NCBI RefSeq assembly: GCF_041146345.1
Contig: NW_027191411.1
Coordinates: 868,001 to 932,000 of the forward strand
Direction of reading: 5' to 3'
DNA from: Neodothiora populina
Lineage: Eukaryota
DNA length: 64,000 bases
This document shows, one piece after another, positions 34,433 through 46,741 of this stretch (its first letter is position 1; every line of letters begins with the position of its first letter). A program made the translations under genes and the position numbers. The notes below the pieces were generated by a model. It saw only the letters and a list, made by a program, of their open reading frames with translations. It ran no database searches and had not been told where the DNA came from.

Positions 34433-36072
34433 GGCTCGCTGGCGATACGCGCTTGCGGCGCTATCGGTGCTATGGCTTATCTTGTCATCAACTGCAGAGT
34501 AAGGCAGGTCGAATTGGAAGAACAAGTCACGCTAGGTCGCCGTGTGATGAGTCTTGTTGATCCGTCATATACAAGTACACATATATTGCAAAATCAGTCA
34601 CTCTGGGAAGGAGGAGCAGAAACGGGAATTATAGTAGGCTGGCCAGTTGCGCGACTAGCCAGGGAAGGATCTGGAGCCGATTCGAAAGATATGTACGCCG
34701 GACGGACTTACAGTGGTAGGGTATATCAGGAGAGTATGAATTGTTAGACCGTTATGACGCCCGTTCGAAACAAGCTTAGCAGCTTCAGCAGATCACCGAG
34801 TTACACTCACTTCCAACCCAAGACCAACCCACTCCTAACCCAAAAATCCAGCCCGAATTATCGTCAGGTTTGTTCACAGTATGCCCAAAGCGCACAGACG
34901 ATTTTCTGGCACAGTAAAATCAAGTACATGGAATGCGACGGGCCTAAGGTAAGGTAAGGTACCTAATCAGCTGGACGCCCAATGCACTTGTGATTGCACT
35001 TGTGATTAGAGGTAAGGTAAGGCAAGTGCTAACCTTCCTTTATCGCCTGTCGAGGTATGCCGCGGGATGCGGATACAGTACGGTACATGTACTGTACACT
35101 TAAGCAGGCAGATTGATATCCGGCCCTAACCCTGGTCATAGGACTACCTGCTCTCAGTTCGTTGATATCTTTACCAGCGTGATCATTCAACGAACAAATG
35201 CGCAGTCACAGAGTCTGAGAAGACATATATCTTTTTATGCGGTATGTCCTGGAGCCCAGACCTTCAGCAAGCCAGTGCGTGTCCTTGATCTACACAACAC
35301 TTCGAAAACGGTGCTATGATATAAACGACTTCGACCCGACCACCGAGTTGCTGCGCAATTACGCAGAGGCTCTTACTCCACCGACATAGCGCTTTGAGCT
35401 CACCGTCTTCGCTACGAAGACCAATTTGCGTGCTGTCATACCGTAACTTCGTAAGTCATGGGGCTCCGTGATGGCGTACAGGTATGCCATTTCATCATAA
35501 ACATGCGATCTTGATATCCGATCTTCTCCACAATCGCACTGACTCAATGCGTTGCCAAGTCCACCAACGGTCTGCCTAGGTATGGTAGGTAATCAAGCAG
35601 CTTGAGATGGTGGATTGTCTGATGTGATTGTGATACACCCACGTTTCATCAACGAGTTTCATTACGAATGTTATTGGTGTGCTCGGCCAGCTCGCATGAC
35701 AAAAAAGATTTGTACATTCGTTCTGTGTTGATGTATCCTGTGTGAAGCCACAATTGCTTGCACGCCAACACATCGACCTGATAGAACGTCTATCAATACC
35801 GTGGTGCTCATGGATAGGCCTTGAAATTATCACACGTATACCACTTGGCATACTTGCAGAATGGGGGTTGCTCCTCGTTCGTACTCGATCAAGGTACACC
35901 ATCACGTCGTAGTCTGCTCGTGTGATCTGGGTCTGCTTTCATATTGCCACAGGTCTGCCAGATTTCACAAGCATGATTCCGTATTCGTGTCTTACCTGAT
36001 GGGTAGCAACGCTTGTTTCTCTTACGCACCTAGTCGCATTAGCAAAGTTCGCTATCTATGTTCCTCATCTGA

Positions 36073-37038
36073 TCATATGTCTACAACTTGAGGCGGGTTC
36101 TCTAAACTACCGGTGTTGATATACATCAAGCTGGCATTGACAAGCCAAGTCGATCTCGCCTCTCCTCCCCATATCTTTTCCCAAATCAAGTCAGAGACGC
36201 CATACCAAGTCACCTTTACCACGTCCAACCAAAGCTTTGGGTTCAATGAGCTCCTGAGGAAGCCGTCCTTCCGAGCACAAGCATGCTCGAACGAGCGTTG
36301 TGCATCGTCCCAATAGGCTATTGCTTTTCCTCGCCCTGCATGCACATGACCAAACACATGGAGACGTGGTTGCACACGCCAAGCCTCCTTCAATAGATAT
36401 TCACAGCCAAGTGCTGCAGGTAGATCCATGTGATATTTCGGTGGAGTGTGCGTCACTAAGACATCAGTATCATGTGGCACCGTGTTGGACCACGCGTCAC
36501 GCCCTCTAGGATACTGAAAGGCAAACTCAGGACCTCCGCATGCAGGAATCTGAGGTGCTCCATACACACGAAGTTTGCGATTGCCTTGCTTTGGGAAGTT
36601 GAGCAAGGTCGCCGAGTGCTGCAGATACTGGACTTTGCCCCATCGAAGACCTCGATGTGACAATTCTGACTGGCTTAGCGTAAGTCGCGAGCGAGGATCT
36701 AGATAGGTATCATGATTGCCAGCAATAGCTATGATATGTTCATGCGGTAGTGAATTCAACCAGTCAATCTGTGTTTGTAGCTCTTCCGGTGTTCCGGCAT
36801 TTGTGAGGTCGCCTGAATGAATCAGAAGATCGCCATCCGGTACAGATGGAGGAGTACTGCAGTGGGTGTCTGAGATGCATACCACACGCACCGAGAGGCC
36901 TGGACGGACGGTAGGTCGGCAGCGGAGGAAGAGCGTCGCTCTGTAGATCAGCCGAAGTAAATACTTTGGGGGTGAGGAGAAAAACAAGTATAGCAGAGAT
37001 GGCGGTTCAAAAGGGCTCGGTGGAGTAAAGATGCCCAT
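36073..37038 (-). CDS. Calcineurin-like metallophosphoesterase (MPPED1/2-like)
   Basis: Five metal-binding motifs: CISDTH, HSGDLT, AGNHD, THTPP, VFGHVH. First ATG is at 37038. Confidence 0.9.
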   Translation of the reverse strand: MGIFTPPSPFEPPSLLYLFFSSPPKYLLRLIYRATLFLRCRPTVRPGLSVRVVCISDTHCSTPPSVPDGDLLIHSGDLTNAGTPEELQTQIDWLNSLPHEHIIAIAGNHDTYLDPRSRLTLSQSELSHRGLRWGKVQYLQHSATLLNFPKQGNRKLRVYGAPQIPACGGPEFAFQYPRGRDAWSNTVPHDTDVLVTHTPPKYHMDLPAALGCEYLLKEAWRVQPRLHVFGHVHAGRGKAIAYWDDAQRSFEHACARKDGFLRSSLNPKLWLDVVKVTWYGVSDLIWEKIWGGEARSTWLVNASLMYINTGSLENPPQVVDI

Positions 37039-37488
37039 GACTGTCACAATTGGCACCGACCCTGTATGTACACTACCAGATTGTGGTTGTGGTGTTTATT
37101 TAAGAGAACTTGGAGGGTGATTGTTCACAATAGTCCACAAATGGCAGGCGGTGAGCTCGCAAAGGAGGGGCACAGCATCAAGGTATTTTACTGCAGTGCG
37201 ATGGTAGAGTAAGGCCGACAGTAGAGACCACAGACGAGCTGTCGAGGGAGAAGTCAGTGACGTCGTTTGGTTACGTAGATGGTAGACATGTCCCTTGTTT
37301 TGGCAGGAGCTCTGCTTCAGGTTTCCGTGTTCCAGGTTTCTTGCACTACGCATTGTATTCCATATATGTATAACTCTACCTTCTCCTCATTTCGTATAAT
37401 TATATTAAACTTCACCTGAGCTTCCCCTGGTTTAGCGGACGTAATTGAGATAGACCGGTGACCCTCTTCAAGAGGTTTTGAATTCACC

Positions 37489-39848
37489 ATGACTTCGCCA
37501 ATCACTAAAGGAAGTGGTCTCAACACAAACATGGAAGTAGACTATGTGATTGTGTTCAGGTTCGCTACGACTGGTGAGCACTACTTCGGGGTGATAAAAT
37601 TTCACAATGAAGCAAGAGAGACTGACAATTGATCAGAAAAGAAAGCTGCAGAGGATAGCTTCGCCAATCTGGTAGAGAAGTTGGCATCGATAGGCCTTGC
37701 TACTGAAGTCCGCAACGGGGACAATCACTCCCTTCTGGTATTTGTCAAAGTTGCCAGTGAAGAACATGTCTTTGGTGAAGTCTATCGCTCAAGGTAGATT
37801 AAATGCGTCCTGGCCTCAATCCACGTTGACTAACCCTGGTTCAGGGTCCGAGACTGGATCCACGGCATCCGCGCTGCAGCACCGCAACAAGAAACGCGTC
37901 AATCCCTTGAGGCGGAACCTCTTCATGAGGCAGAGCGGCTGAGAGTCATCTACCAGCTCATCACCAACCCTGAGGAGGAAGGGGGTGCGGGCATCACTCC
38001 CAAGAAGGGTAAATGGAAAAACGTCGAGTCCATCTTCGCCTTGCACGATCACGCTTACAACAAGGAGTGGATCAAGAGATGGAGCACCAAATACCTCCTG
38101 AGTCCACAAGATCTAGATGAGATCAGGGATCGTCTTGGAGAGAAGGTAACGCAGCCAATGTGTCGTTTGTCGAACTGGATGCTGACTCGAACCAGATCGC
38201 CTTTTACTTCGCCTTTACCCAATCCTACTTCACCTTCTTGGTCTTCCCCGCTGCCATAGGAGCCGCTGCGTGGTTGTTCCTCGGCAACTTCTCTTCCACT
38301 TATGGCATAATTAGTACTCTGTGGTCCGTGGTCTTTGTCGAGTACTGGAAGCATCAAGAGACCGATCTCGCCGTCCGATGGGGAGTCAGAGGTGTTTCCA
38401 AGATCCAAACAAAGAGAAAAGAATTCGAGCACGAGAAGGAAGCGACAGACCCTGTCACAGGTGAGAAGATGCAGATCTTCCCAGCGACCAAGCGTTTGCA
38501 GCGCCAGCTTCTTCAGATCCCCTTCGCAATCGGAGCAGCTACAGTCCTCGGAACCATGATCGCTACATGTTTTGGTATCGAGATTTTCATTTCCGAGATC
38601 TACAATGGACCTCTGAAGTGGGCCTTGGTCTTCCTGCCGACCGTACTGCTCACGACAATTCTACCTGTATTGACTGGCATCTTCACCTCTTTCGCTGAGC
38701 AGCTGACGAGGTTCGAGAACTACGAAACCGATGCCGCTTTTCAGACGGCCATGACTCAGAAGATCTTCGTCTTGAACTTCATCACTTCGTATCTGCCTAT
38801 CTTCCTTACGGCTTTTGTCTACGTTCCATTCGGCAGCATCATCGTCCCTTATCTCGATATTTTCAGTCTTACGGTCAGGCCCTTCGCCCAGAATGAGAAG
38901 CAGATGACAGCGCCAAAGGTTGGGTTCGCGATCAACCCAGATCGTCTGCGAAAGCAAGTCATCTACTTCACTGTAACAGCGCAGGTCGTCGGCCTCGCCA
39001 TGGAAGTCATCGTGCCCTACCTGAAGCGTCAAGGGTTCAGCAAGTACAAGCAGATGCAGAGCGAACGTGCCGCAAAGAACGGCGGAAGCACCCCAGCGCC
39101 ATCTGAGAACGACCTGCCGGAAGAATCTGCATTCCTCCAGCGCGTTCGCAAGGAAGCAGAGTTGGATGTCTACGACGTGACTTCAGATCTCAGAGAGATG
39201 GTGATCCAATTTGGTTACCTCGCCCTCTTCAGCGTAATCTGGCCTCTCACCCCCGTATCTTTCCTTGCGAATGACTGGATCGAGCTCCGTGCCGACGCAG
39301 TCAAAATCTGCATCGAGATGCAACGTCCGATCCCATGGCGTGCAGACACGATTGGCCCATGGTTGGATGCTCTCTCCTTCCTCGCATGGTTGGGCAGCCT
39401 GACTACCGCAGCGATTGTCTACATGTTCAGCAACGACGGCGTCGGACCAGGAGGCGTGCCCCACGAGCTCAAGGCCTGGGGTCTTCTCCTGACCGTCTTT
39501 TTTTCCGAGCACATCTACATGCTGGTGCGCTGGGCCGTACGGATCGGCATCAGCAAGATCGACTCTCCGGGACGTCAAAAGGAGCGCAGAGACATGTTCC
39601 TCGTACGCCAGCAGTACTTCAAGGACAGCCTGGCCCTTTCCGAGAAGGCCAAGCCTCCAAAGATTTCGGACCTCGGTGCTAGCGTCACCCGTGAGAGCCT
39701 CGAGGAAGAAGCAAGACAATCTAGTCTCAGAAGCTCGAAGATCGAGGACAGGTTCTGGGCCCGCCAGAGACACTGGACTGAGACTGCTCAGGTTGGTGGC
39801 AGGATCATTGATAATTCGATGCCAGAGGAGTCGAAGAAGAGCCAATGA
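37489..39848 (+). CDS. IST2: TMEM16/anoctamin-family Ca2+-activated lipid scramblase (Ist2-like). Exons 37489-37573, 37637-37793, 37845-38145, 38196-39848
   Basis: IFALHD, IRDRLGEKIAFYFAF, FVEYWK, ENY, REMVIQFGY, WIELRADAVKI, RADTIGPW. Three GT-AG introns with branch sites keep the frame. Confidence 0.9.
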
Positions 39849-40067
39849 GCATGGTTAGTTCCATGAATGGGGAAAAGGGGAGCAGCGACAATTATTCATG
39901 AAGCACAAATGTTCACGTGCACCAAGACCGGCGGTATTGGAAAGGTGAAGTGAGTAGTGAGGTACCTGGTATTACCTAGTATGAAATAGCGACATTATTC
40001 CAAAGATTTATCAATGAAATCCACATATGTCTATACCGATCGACGAATCCATTTAACAGACCTAAGC

Positions 40068-41190
40068 TTAGAATATGGCAAGAATATTAGGCGGACTCGC
40101 TACTCCGCCCCGAACCTATGGCTAAAGTGTTAGCATCTATCCACACTTTACATCCTACTACCCCCAAGGATGAATCCAAGAGAAGGTTTGTGAACTTACA
40201 TTACACGGCTCACTAGAAACGAAGAAACTATACCTGCCGGCCTCCTTACACTGCAGCGCCAACCTCTCGAGATCAAATAACTCACCAATCGGGCATCCCC
40301 AGCCCGACAACAAAACCTCATGCAGCAAGAACTCCTTGCGCTGCGAAGGCCAGCACTCGAAACTCGGGTGATCAGCAGCGACGGCGGAAAAAGTCTCCCA
40401 GATCCAACGCAGCACGTCCTCGCTCTGCTCGACGCCGAAGAAAGAAGGCGGGTTGACAGAGGTCAGGCGCGCGAGGTCGTCGTGGGTCTTGGACGCGTAT
40501 TGCGCCATGTAGCCTGATCTGATGAGCAGGATGTCGCCGAATTTAGGGGTTGTGTTTTGGTGCGCTAGGACGGCTTTGAGGTCGGCGAGGGAGATGGAGC
40601 CTGCGGAGAAGGCGTCGTGGGTTCGGGGTGGGGTTTGTGTCTGGTGCCAGGACTCGTAGTCGATTAGGATGCCCCGGCCTACGATGCCCTTTTCGCTCCA
40701 GGCGCCTATGCCGTTTACGTGGGGGTTTTGCTGCTCGTTGTCGGTATTGTGGATGTCGGCCATGGTGACGCCGTTGTAGAATTTCTGTTCCTTCTGGTAG
40801 GCAAAGTGGCGCAGGCCGTCCCATTGGCTGCTGGATTGCGAGTTGAATGTCCAGACGTCGTCGTTGACGCATCGCGGTGATTTGGCGTACATGTGCTGGT
40901 GGAAGGCTTGACGGCCGAAGAATGGCAGGGCGTGAGGTGTGTCGAGGGGCCAGTTCATGGATACTCTTGTGCCCGTCTTGATTTCGGTGGCGGCTTCCTT
41001 GACCACTTGATCTGTGAGACGGTTCAGGAAGCCCAGCTGGTCGGATCTGCCATATCTGGTCGGAAGGAAGATTGGTTCTAGTGTTTGTATCTGAAGAGGT
41101 TTTGGTATTGAATACTTACAGGCCCCATGCATTCAGGAATGGCCCATCTTTGTCGATTGGCAATTGATCGAAACTAGGTATGGCACTCAT
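40068..41190 (-). CDS. Putative cyclase / kynurenine formamidase-like metallohydrolase. Exons 41120-41190, 40200-41055, 40068-40115
   Basis: NAWGLYG..DQLGFLN, FNSQSSSQWDGLRHF, GIVGRGILID, GDILLIRSG, GCPIGELFDLE and GGVASPPNILAIF*. Confidence 0.9.
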
Positions 41191-41778
41191 CTTGACGCTG
41201 TACTTATCTTGGATTGCGAACAGGACGATTCCATCGAGGAAAGGTCACCGTTCGTCTCATACTACAACGTGAACTCGGTGTCTACTATACCGGAGGCTCA
41301 CTTGTTGTGCGGGGTAAGTTGGAGTATCGCAGACGGGAAGTGCTACAGTACTGTGCAGAGGGAAGTACCTCGATATTGTACCATTCTTCGAGAAAAGCTG
41401 GAGACGAATTCATGCAGAGAAAGTGGAAAGCGGAAAGACGAAAGATCAGCGAGTGCATGAAGACGGGACTTACTTGATAGCATATTCGCAGTTTGCAACC
41501 TACGATGTTGTAATTATTTGGCAGCAGATGTTTTGCTTACAGAAGACGCAAGCAATGAGAGAAATGCTCCTCCTATGTTCTCACTGGCAGGCACTACCTG
41601 ACTGAGCACTACGCGACAGCTGCGACGTCGAGCATGCGTGCGTAGATGACAAAGAGTATAGTAGGAGGATATATGTGATCCTGATGAACAGGATGTGGAT
41701 CCTTCAGTATGCCAGGTAGCACGGAAAGGGTCACAGTCGCGTCTTTCGTAGGCGTGAGCGAGGCTACGGTTCAGGTGA

Positions 41779-41802
41779 GCAAGTGCAAGTGCAAGTGCAA
41801 GT
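41779..41802. repeat. (GCAAGT)4 intergenic hexamer microsatellite
   Basis: Read directly from the sequence. Confidence 0.9.
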
Positions 41803-42625
41803 GCCTAGCACGGCATCTCCAAAAAGCCAATTAGTTCTCTGACTCAATACGGAGAATAGCAAGCCAATAGACAAAGCTATCGATTTGGAGTTCCGCGGAA
41901 GACAAGGCGACGGGCGACAAAGAATAGTCAATGGTTACCTGATCGATCACAGCAGAGGCGACAGAGGATCATACCGGTTGTACAATACAGCAGCAATAAT
42001 ACGTCAATGATGTATGATGAATAGCCATTCACCTTAGTAATGGACAGATAATTAGATGGTATGATCGGTGCCAAGGCATCACACAGCTATGACCGGCCCA
42101 AGCTTTTAGAACAAGAGCACAGGACGGAAGAATAACGATGATAATATGATTGATTGTGATTATTGCAAGGTGGAGGTTGCGGTACGCTACTTGAATGCTA
42201 CGAGGCTACGCTACCCACGCAACGCCTGTCCAGCCTCCCACTCACTGCGCGTAACTGTAACTGTAAACCTATAACTCTATCAAATACACTGTGGATTTCA
42301 TCACCATCAATCTTCCATTCCGCAGCATTCCTGCATCCTCACTCCATCAACCACTCTATCACACGTGTTTTCCTGAATCGCCGTCTTTCAATTCAGATAC
42401 TTCAATCATCACAATATTCATCAGGTCCACTGATTCTGTCATATCTGCTGTACATTTGCAAGCAATTGTCTGATTGTGCTAACACGCGCATTCCTCAAAG
42501 TCCGCAAGCAGCCACTTTCTCTTTGTTCCCTTCTCACAACGCGCCGACTGACTTTTCTTCTTGCAACAGTGGCCGGCGTCAAATACATTAAGAAGACTCC
42601 CAAGGAGCAAGAGTCGGCAGCAGAA

Positions 42626-44581
42626 ATGCCTCCCAAGAAGTCTGCTGGCGCAGCACCAACGCGTGTCTCAGCGCGCCAGGCCGCCGATACGAAACCTGAA
42701 GCAAACACCAAAGCAAAGGTCGCGAAGCCGACCACCAAGCCTGCTGCCACTACTGCAAAGTCGACCGCGAAGGCTGCCGCAAAGGCTCCTGCAAAGGCTC
42801 GCGGTAGACCCAAGGCTACTGAGACAGCTACTAAGACCACGACAAAGACTGCTGCTAAGACAGCCACCAAGGTCACCAACGGCACTACTACTACTACTAC
42901 TACTACTACTACCAAAAAGGCCGCTGCTGCCACGAAAGGTGTGTTCGACACTTTCTGCCCCTTGCGCTTCCTCCGCCTTGCAATTCACCTACTAACAAAG
43001 CTCTCCTCCAGACGCACCCAAGAAAAAGGCTGGACGGCCGGCCAAGAAGGAGGCTTCTGAAGAACCCGAGAAGAAGCCTGTCGTTTCTAGAAAGCGAAAG
43101 GCCACCGAAGAGCCCGAAGTGGCTCCCGCCAAGAAGGCAAAGGTCGTTCCAAAGGGCCCCGTCATCAACACAGTGCCCAAGCAGCCGCTGAACGTTTACG
43201 TCTTCGGAGAGGGATCATCTGGCGAACTGGGTCTCGGCACGGCCAAGAATGCCATTGACGTGAAGAGACCCCGTCTGAACGCAAACCTCAATGCCGACAG
43301 TGTCAGTGTTGTCCAGATCGCCGCCGGTGGCATGCACGTCGTCGCTCTGACCAAAGACAACAAGATCCTGAGTTGGGGAGTCAACGACCAGGGCGCTCTG
43401 GGCAGAGACACCGCCTGGGAAGGTGGTTTGAGAGATATGGACGCTGCCGAAGATTCCGACTCGGATGACGACAGTGATGCCGGCCTCAATCCCAAGGAGA
43501 GCACTCCCACCGCCATTCCCTCAGACAGGTTCCCCGAAGACACTGTGTTTGTGCAAGTCGCCGCCGGTGACTCCACCTCATTCGCCCTTACTGATGACGG
43601 TCAAGTTTGGGGCTGGGGCACTTTCAGAGTAAGTCTTTGTCGCTATCAACTGCTTGTCATAGATCACTAACACATTCGCCTCAGAGTAACGAAGGTATCT
43701 TCGGCTTCACCCAAGACGTCCTCGTCCAACGCGAGCCCATGCTCATCCCCGGTCTGAAAAAGGTCACCAGCATTGCTTGCGGCGCCAACCACACTCTGGC
43801 TCTCGACTCGAATGGTGCCGTGTTCGCGTGGGGCTCTGGTCAGCAGAACCAGCTCGGCCGCCGTGTCGTTGAGCGCACAAAGACCCAGGGTCTAGTGCCT
43901 CGTGAGTTCGGTCTTCCCAAGAAGGCCATCAAGTACATTGCATGCGGAGATTACCACTCGTTCGCCATCGACAACAAGAACCGTGTTTGGACATGGGGTC
44001 TCAACAACTACGGCGAGACTGGCATTGCCGACAACGCTGGCGAAGACGATGCTGTTGTCCTCAGACCCGAGGTTGTGACTAGCCTTTCCGAGAAGACCAT
44101 TACATGCATTCAGGGCGGTGGCCACCACTCCATTGCTGTCACTGATAATGGCGACTGTTTGGTCTGGGGCCGCATCGATGGTCACCAGATGGGTATCAAG
44201 ATCTCCGATCTACCTGACGACGCCACCATCAAGGACCAGCGTGGTTCTCCTCGCATTCTTGCCGTTCCCACCAAAGTCACTGCCATTGACGGCAAGGTCG
44301 CATTCGCCACTGCCGCAAGTGATCACTCCATCGCCATCACCGATGACGGACGTGCCTATTCCTGGGGATTCTCCACCAACTACCAGACCGGTCTTGGAAC
44401 CACCGACGACGTCGAGGTGGCCACTCACATTGACAACACTGCCACCAGAGGCAAGAAGCTCAACTATGCCACCGCCGGCAGTCAGTTCAGTATCTTGACC
44501 TCGCCCGCCGAGGAGGCTGCGGCGGCACCATCAACAGAGGCAGAGGCGCCCAAGACCAACGGTGTCAATGGTACTGCTTAG
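42626..44581 (+). CDS. PIM1: RCC1 / Ran guanine exchange factor (Pim1/Prp20). Exons 42626-42938, 43012-43628, 43685-44581; possible 19-aa N-terminal extension (see findings)
   Basis: Lys/Ala/Thr-rich N-terminal tail followed by RCC1 repeats (GELGLG, IAAGGMH, SWGVNDQGALGR, IACGANH, WGSGQQNQLGR, WGLNNYGETG, YSWGF). Two canonical introns. Confidence 0.93.
42884..42910 (+). repeat. (ACT)9 coding microsatellite giving poly-Thr in the RCC1 tail
   Basis: Read directly from the sequence. Confidence 0.9.
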
Positions 44582-45170
44582 AGTCTGGGTGGATGAGATG
44601 TGTATGCAAACACCCCTCATCCGGTTCTTTCGAGACGAGAAAGTAGCGCCACTATTCATATACTTTTATTTATGAGCTACAAACGGGGGTGGGCAATGCG
44701 ACCATGGTTTTTGTTTTTCACTAGTCACGACAGAAGATCCAGAAGGCGTTGCAGCATATGACGAGACATCAGACCTGGCATCGGATCAACTGCATATGTA
44801 GGTGGAAAGGGGATGATAGTAGGGTAGTACTAGGATAGGGTATTTTATGGAAAAAGCACAAAAGGGAAATAAAACTCTTTGAAAACGAAAGAAATCTGTT
44901 TATTCAATTGTCATCGCAATCCGGTAATTGTTTGGACGGTGAGAGTCGAGCCCTCGAATTGATCGATCTAGATAAACTACTCGGGAAACAAGGACCTGTA
45001 TCACACACGCCGTGAACAGGGTGTCTGTCGATGATGGACCGTAACAGTGATGGTAACAATAATAATAATACACTCTCCTTCTCTCCCCTCCATCCTAAAC
45101 AAATGCCAGTCCCGAGAAAAGTCCAAATATACATATCCATATACAGTACATGAAAGAGCAAGAAAAAAAT

Positions 45171-46741
45171 CTAAAACTCTCTGCTCTCGCCAATGTCACA
45201 AGTGTCAAACACACCTTCCTCGGGCAATCCTTTCCAAGCCAGAGCCTTTTTCAGCAAGGTCCTGGGCTCCAGGACGTCTTCTTCCGTCAGCACCCATGTG
45301 CCCCAGTGGATGCCCATTGCGCGCGCGCATTTCGTGTCGACGAAGATGTTGACGCTGTCGTAGGGGTTCGCGTGCCTTTTTTTTCCCGGTCATTTTGGTT
45401 AGCTACTTTCTCCTTCTCAAGGGGAGTTTGTTTTGTGGTTGGATGTTGGAGCAATGAACAGGGCAGGAGAAGGGAAAAAAGCAACTCACATGGGCGACAT
45501 GATGAAGCGCGGATCATAAGCTCCGATGGGGATGAGGCCGAGATCAAAGGGACCTCTAAGCTCGCCGATCTCAGAAAACGCCGGGCACACGGGCAGATGG
45601 CTGTATTTGTCGTCGTAGTCGAACTCGTCGTCCGGCAGGTCGGGCACGGCGCGGTAGCCTGTGTCGCCGCCGAACCAGACCTTCTTGCCGCCGCTCTCGA
45701 CGCTCCACGAGCCCCATAGCGTCTGGGCTTTGTCGAAGGGCGTGCGCGCGCTCGTGTGTTGTGCTGGGAGGCAGCTGATCGAGGCTTCGATGTCTTGTTG
45801 CATGCTGCTCGTCTTGATCGTGCCTTCTTTGTCTTCGTGCGTCGTCATCTCGCTGCTCTTGGTCTCGTCGGCGGACAGCGTGAATGTTCGCGTCTCCCAC
45901 CAGTCTAGCTCCGTCATGTTGTGCAGTCCGCAATCGGTAAACCATGCCTTGTTTCCTAGCGGCGCGAAAAAGTGCACGTTGGGGAATTTCTTCTGGATCT
46001 TGGTGATGGTTGGGTGGGAGAGATGGTCGTAATGGTTGTGTGAAATGACGACTGCGTCGATGAAAGGAAGGTTCTCGACTTGACAAGGCGCATCCGTGTA
46101 TCTCTTCGGACCAATGAAGGTGAAGGGCGAACATCTCTCGTCGAAGACCGGATCAAAGAGGACTCGGAGTCCACCGGGAAACTCGACGTAGTAGCAGGCG
46201 TGACCCAGCCATGTCGCACGCAGCTCTGGGGTTTCGCGAGTGGGCAGGAGGTCGGGTTTCCGGACAGTCACAGTCGGAGGAGTTGTATTGGGGCTGTGGG
46301 CAAGTTTAGTCAGGTTGTCATCTGGCTGTCAGCGTTGCTCGAAGGAGAGAGCCGTACGATTTCATCTTGCCCGCCATATATCGCCTATTTTCTTATCATC
46401 AGCGTGATCCTCATTGGGTCTGGATACCTAGGTATGTTTCCCATTATTTACCCTGACATCATCCTCCCCATCTCCAAAACACTTCTCTCGACATACGAGT
46501 CCCAGGGATTCAGAAATCCCTTTCCATTCTTGTTGTGATGGCGGAGCTCTTTCGCATCATTGGGTCTGGCCTTCGACCCAGACTTGGGAGCAGTGACAAT
46601 AGCATACAAAGCTGCAGAGGTGGATGCCGAAGACATCCTGGAAGTGGTAGAAAACGTAGATCTCTGCAGCGCGATCTGAGAGTGAACGCTGGGGAAAGAG
46701 AATTGGCCGCTGCGCGAGAGTCGCAAATAGAAAGGACGCAT
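45171..46741 (-). CDS. N-acyl-phosphatidylethanolamine phospholipase D family metallo-beta-lactamase (Fmp30-like). Exons 46452-46741, 46358-46384, 45490-46293, 45171-45375
   Basis: [51 protein letters not shown] and GIHWGTW. Three introns restore the frame. Confidence 0.9.

Noticed and set aside
35113..36070. Several 60-110 aa ORFs and a minus-strand box C near 35495
   Set aside because: No protein motifs, coherent exon chain or box D.
41200..42300. ORFs and TGATGA motifs between the cyclase and RCC1 genes
   Set aside because: No paired C/D boxes with a guide and no coding signature; probably divergent promoter DNA.
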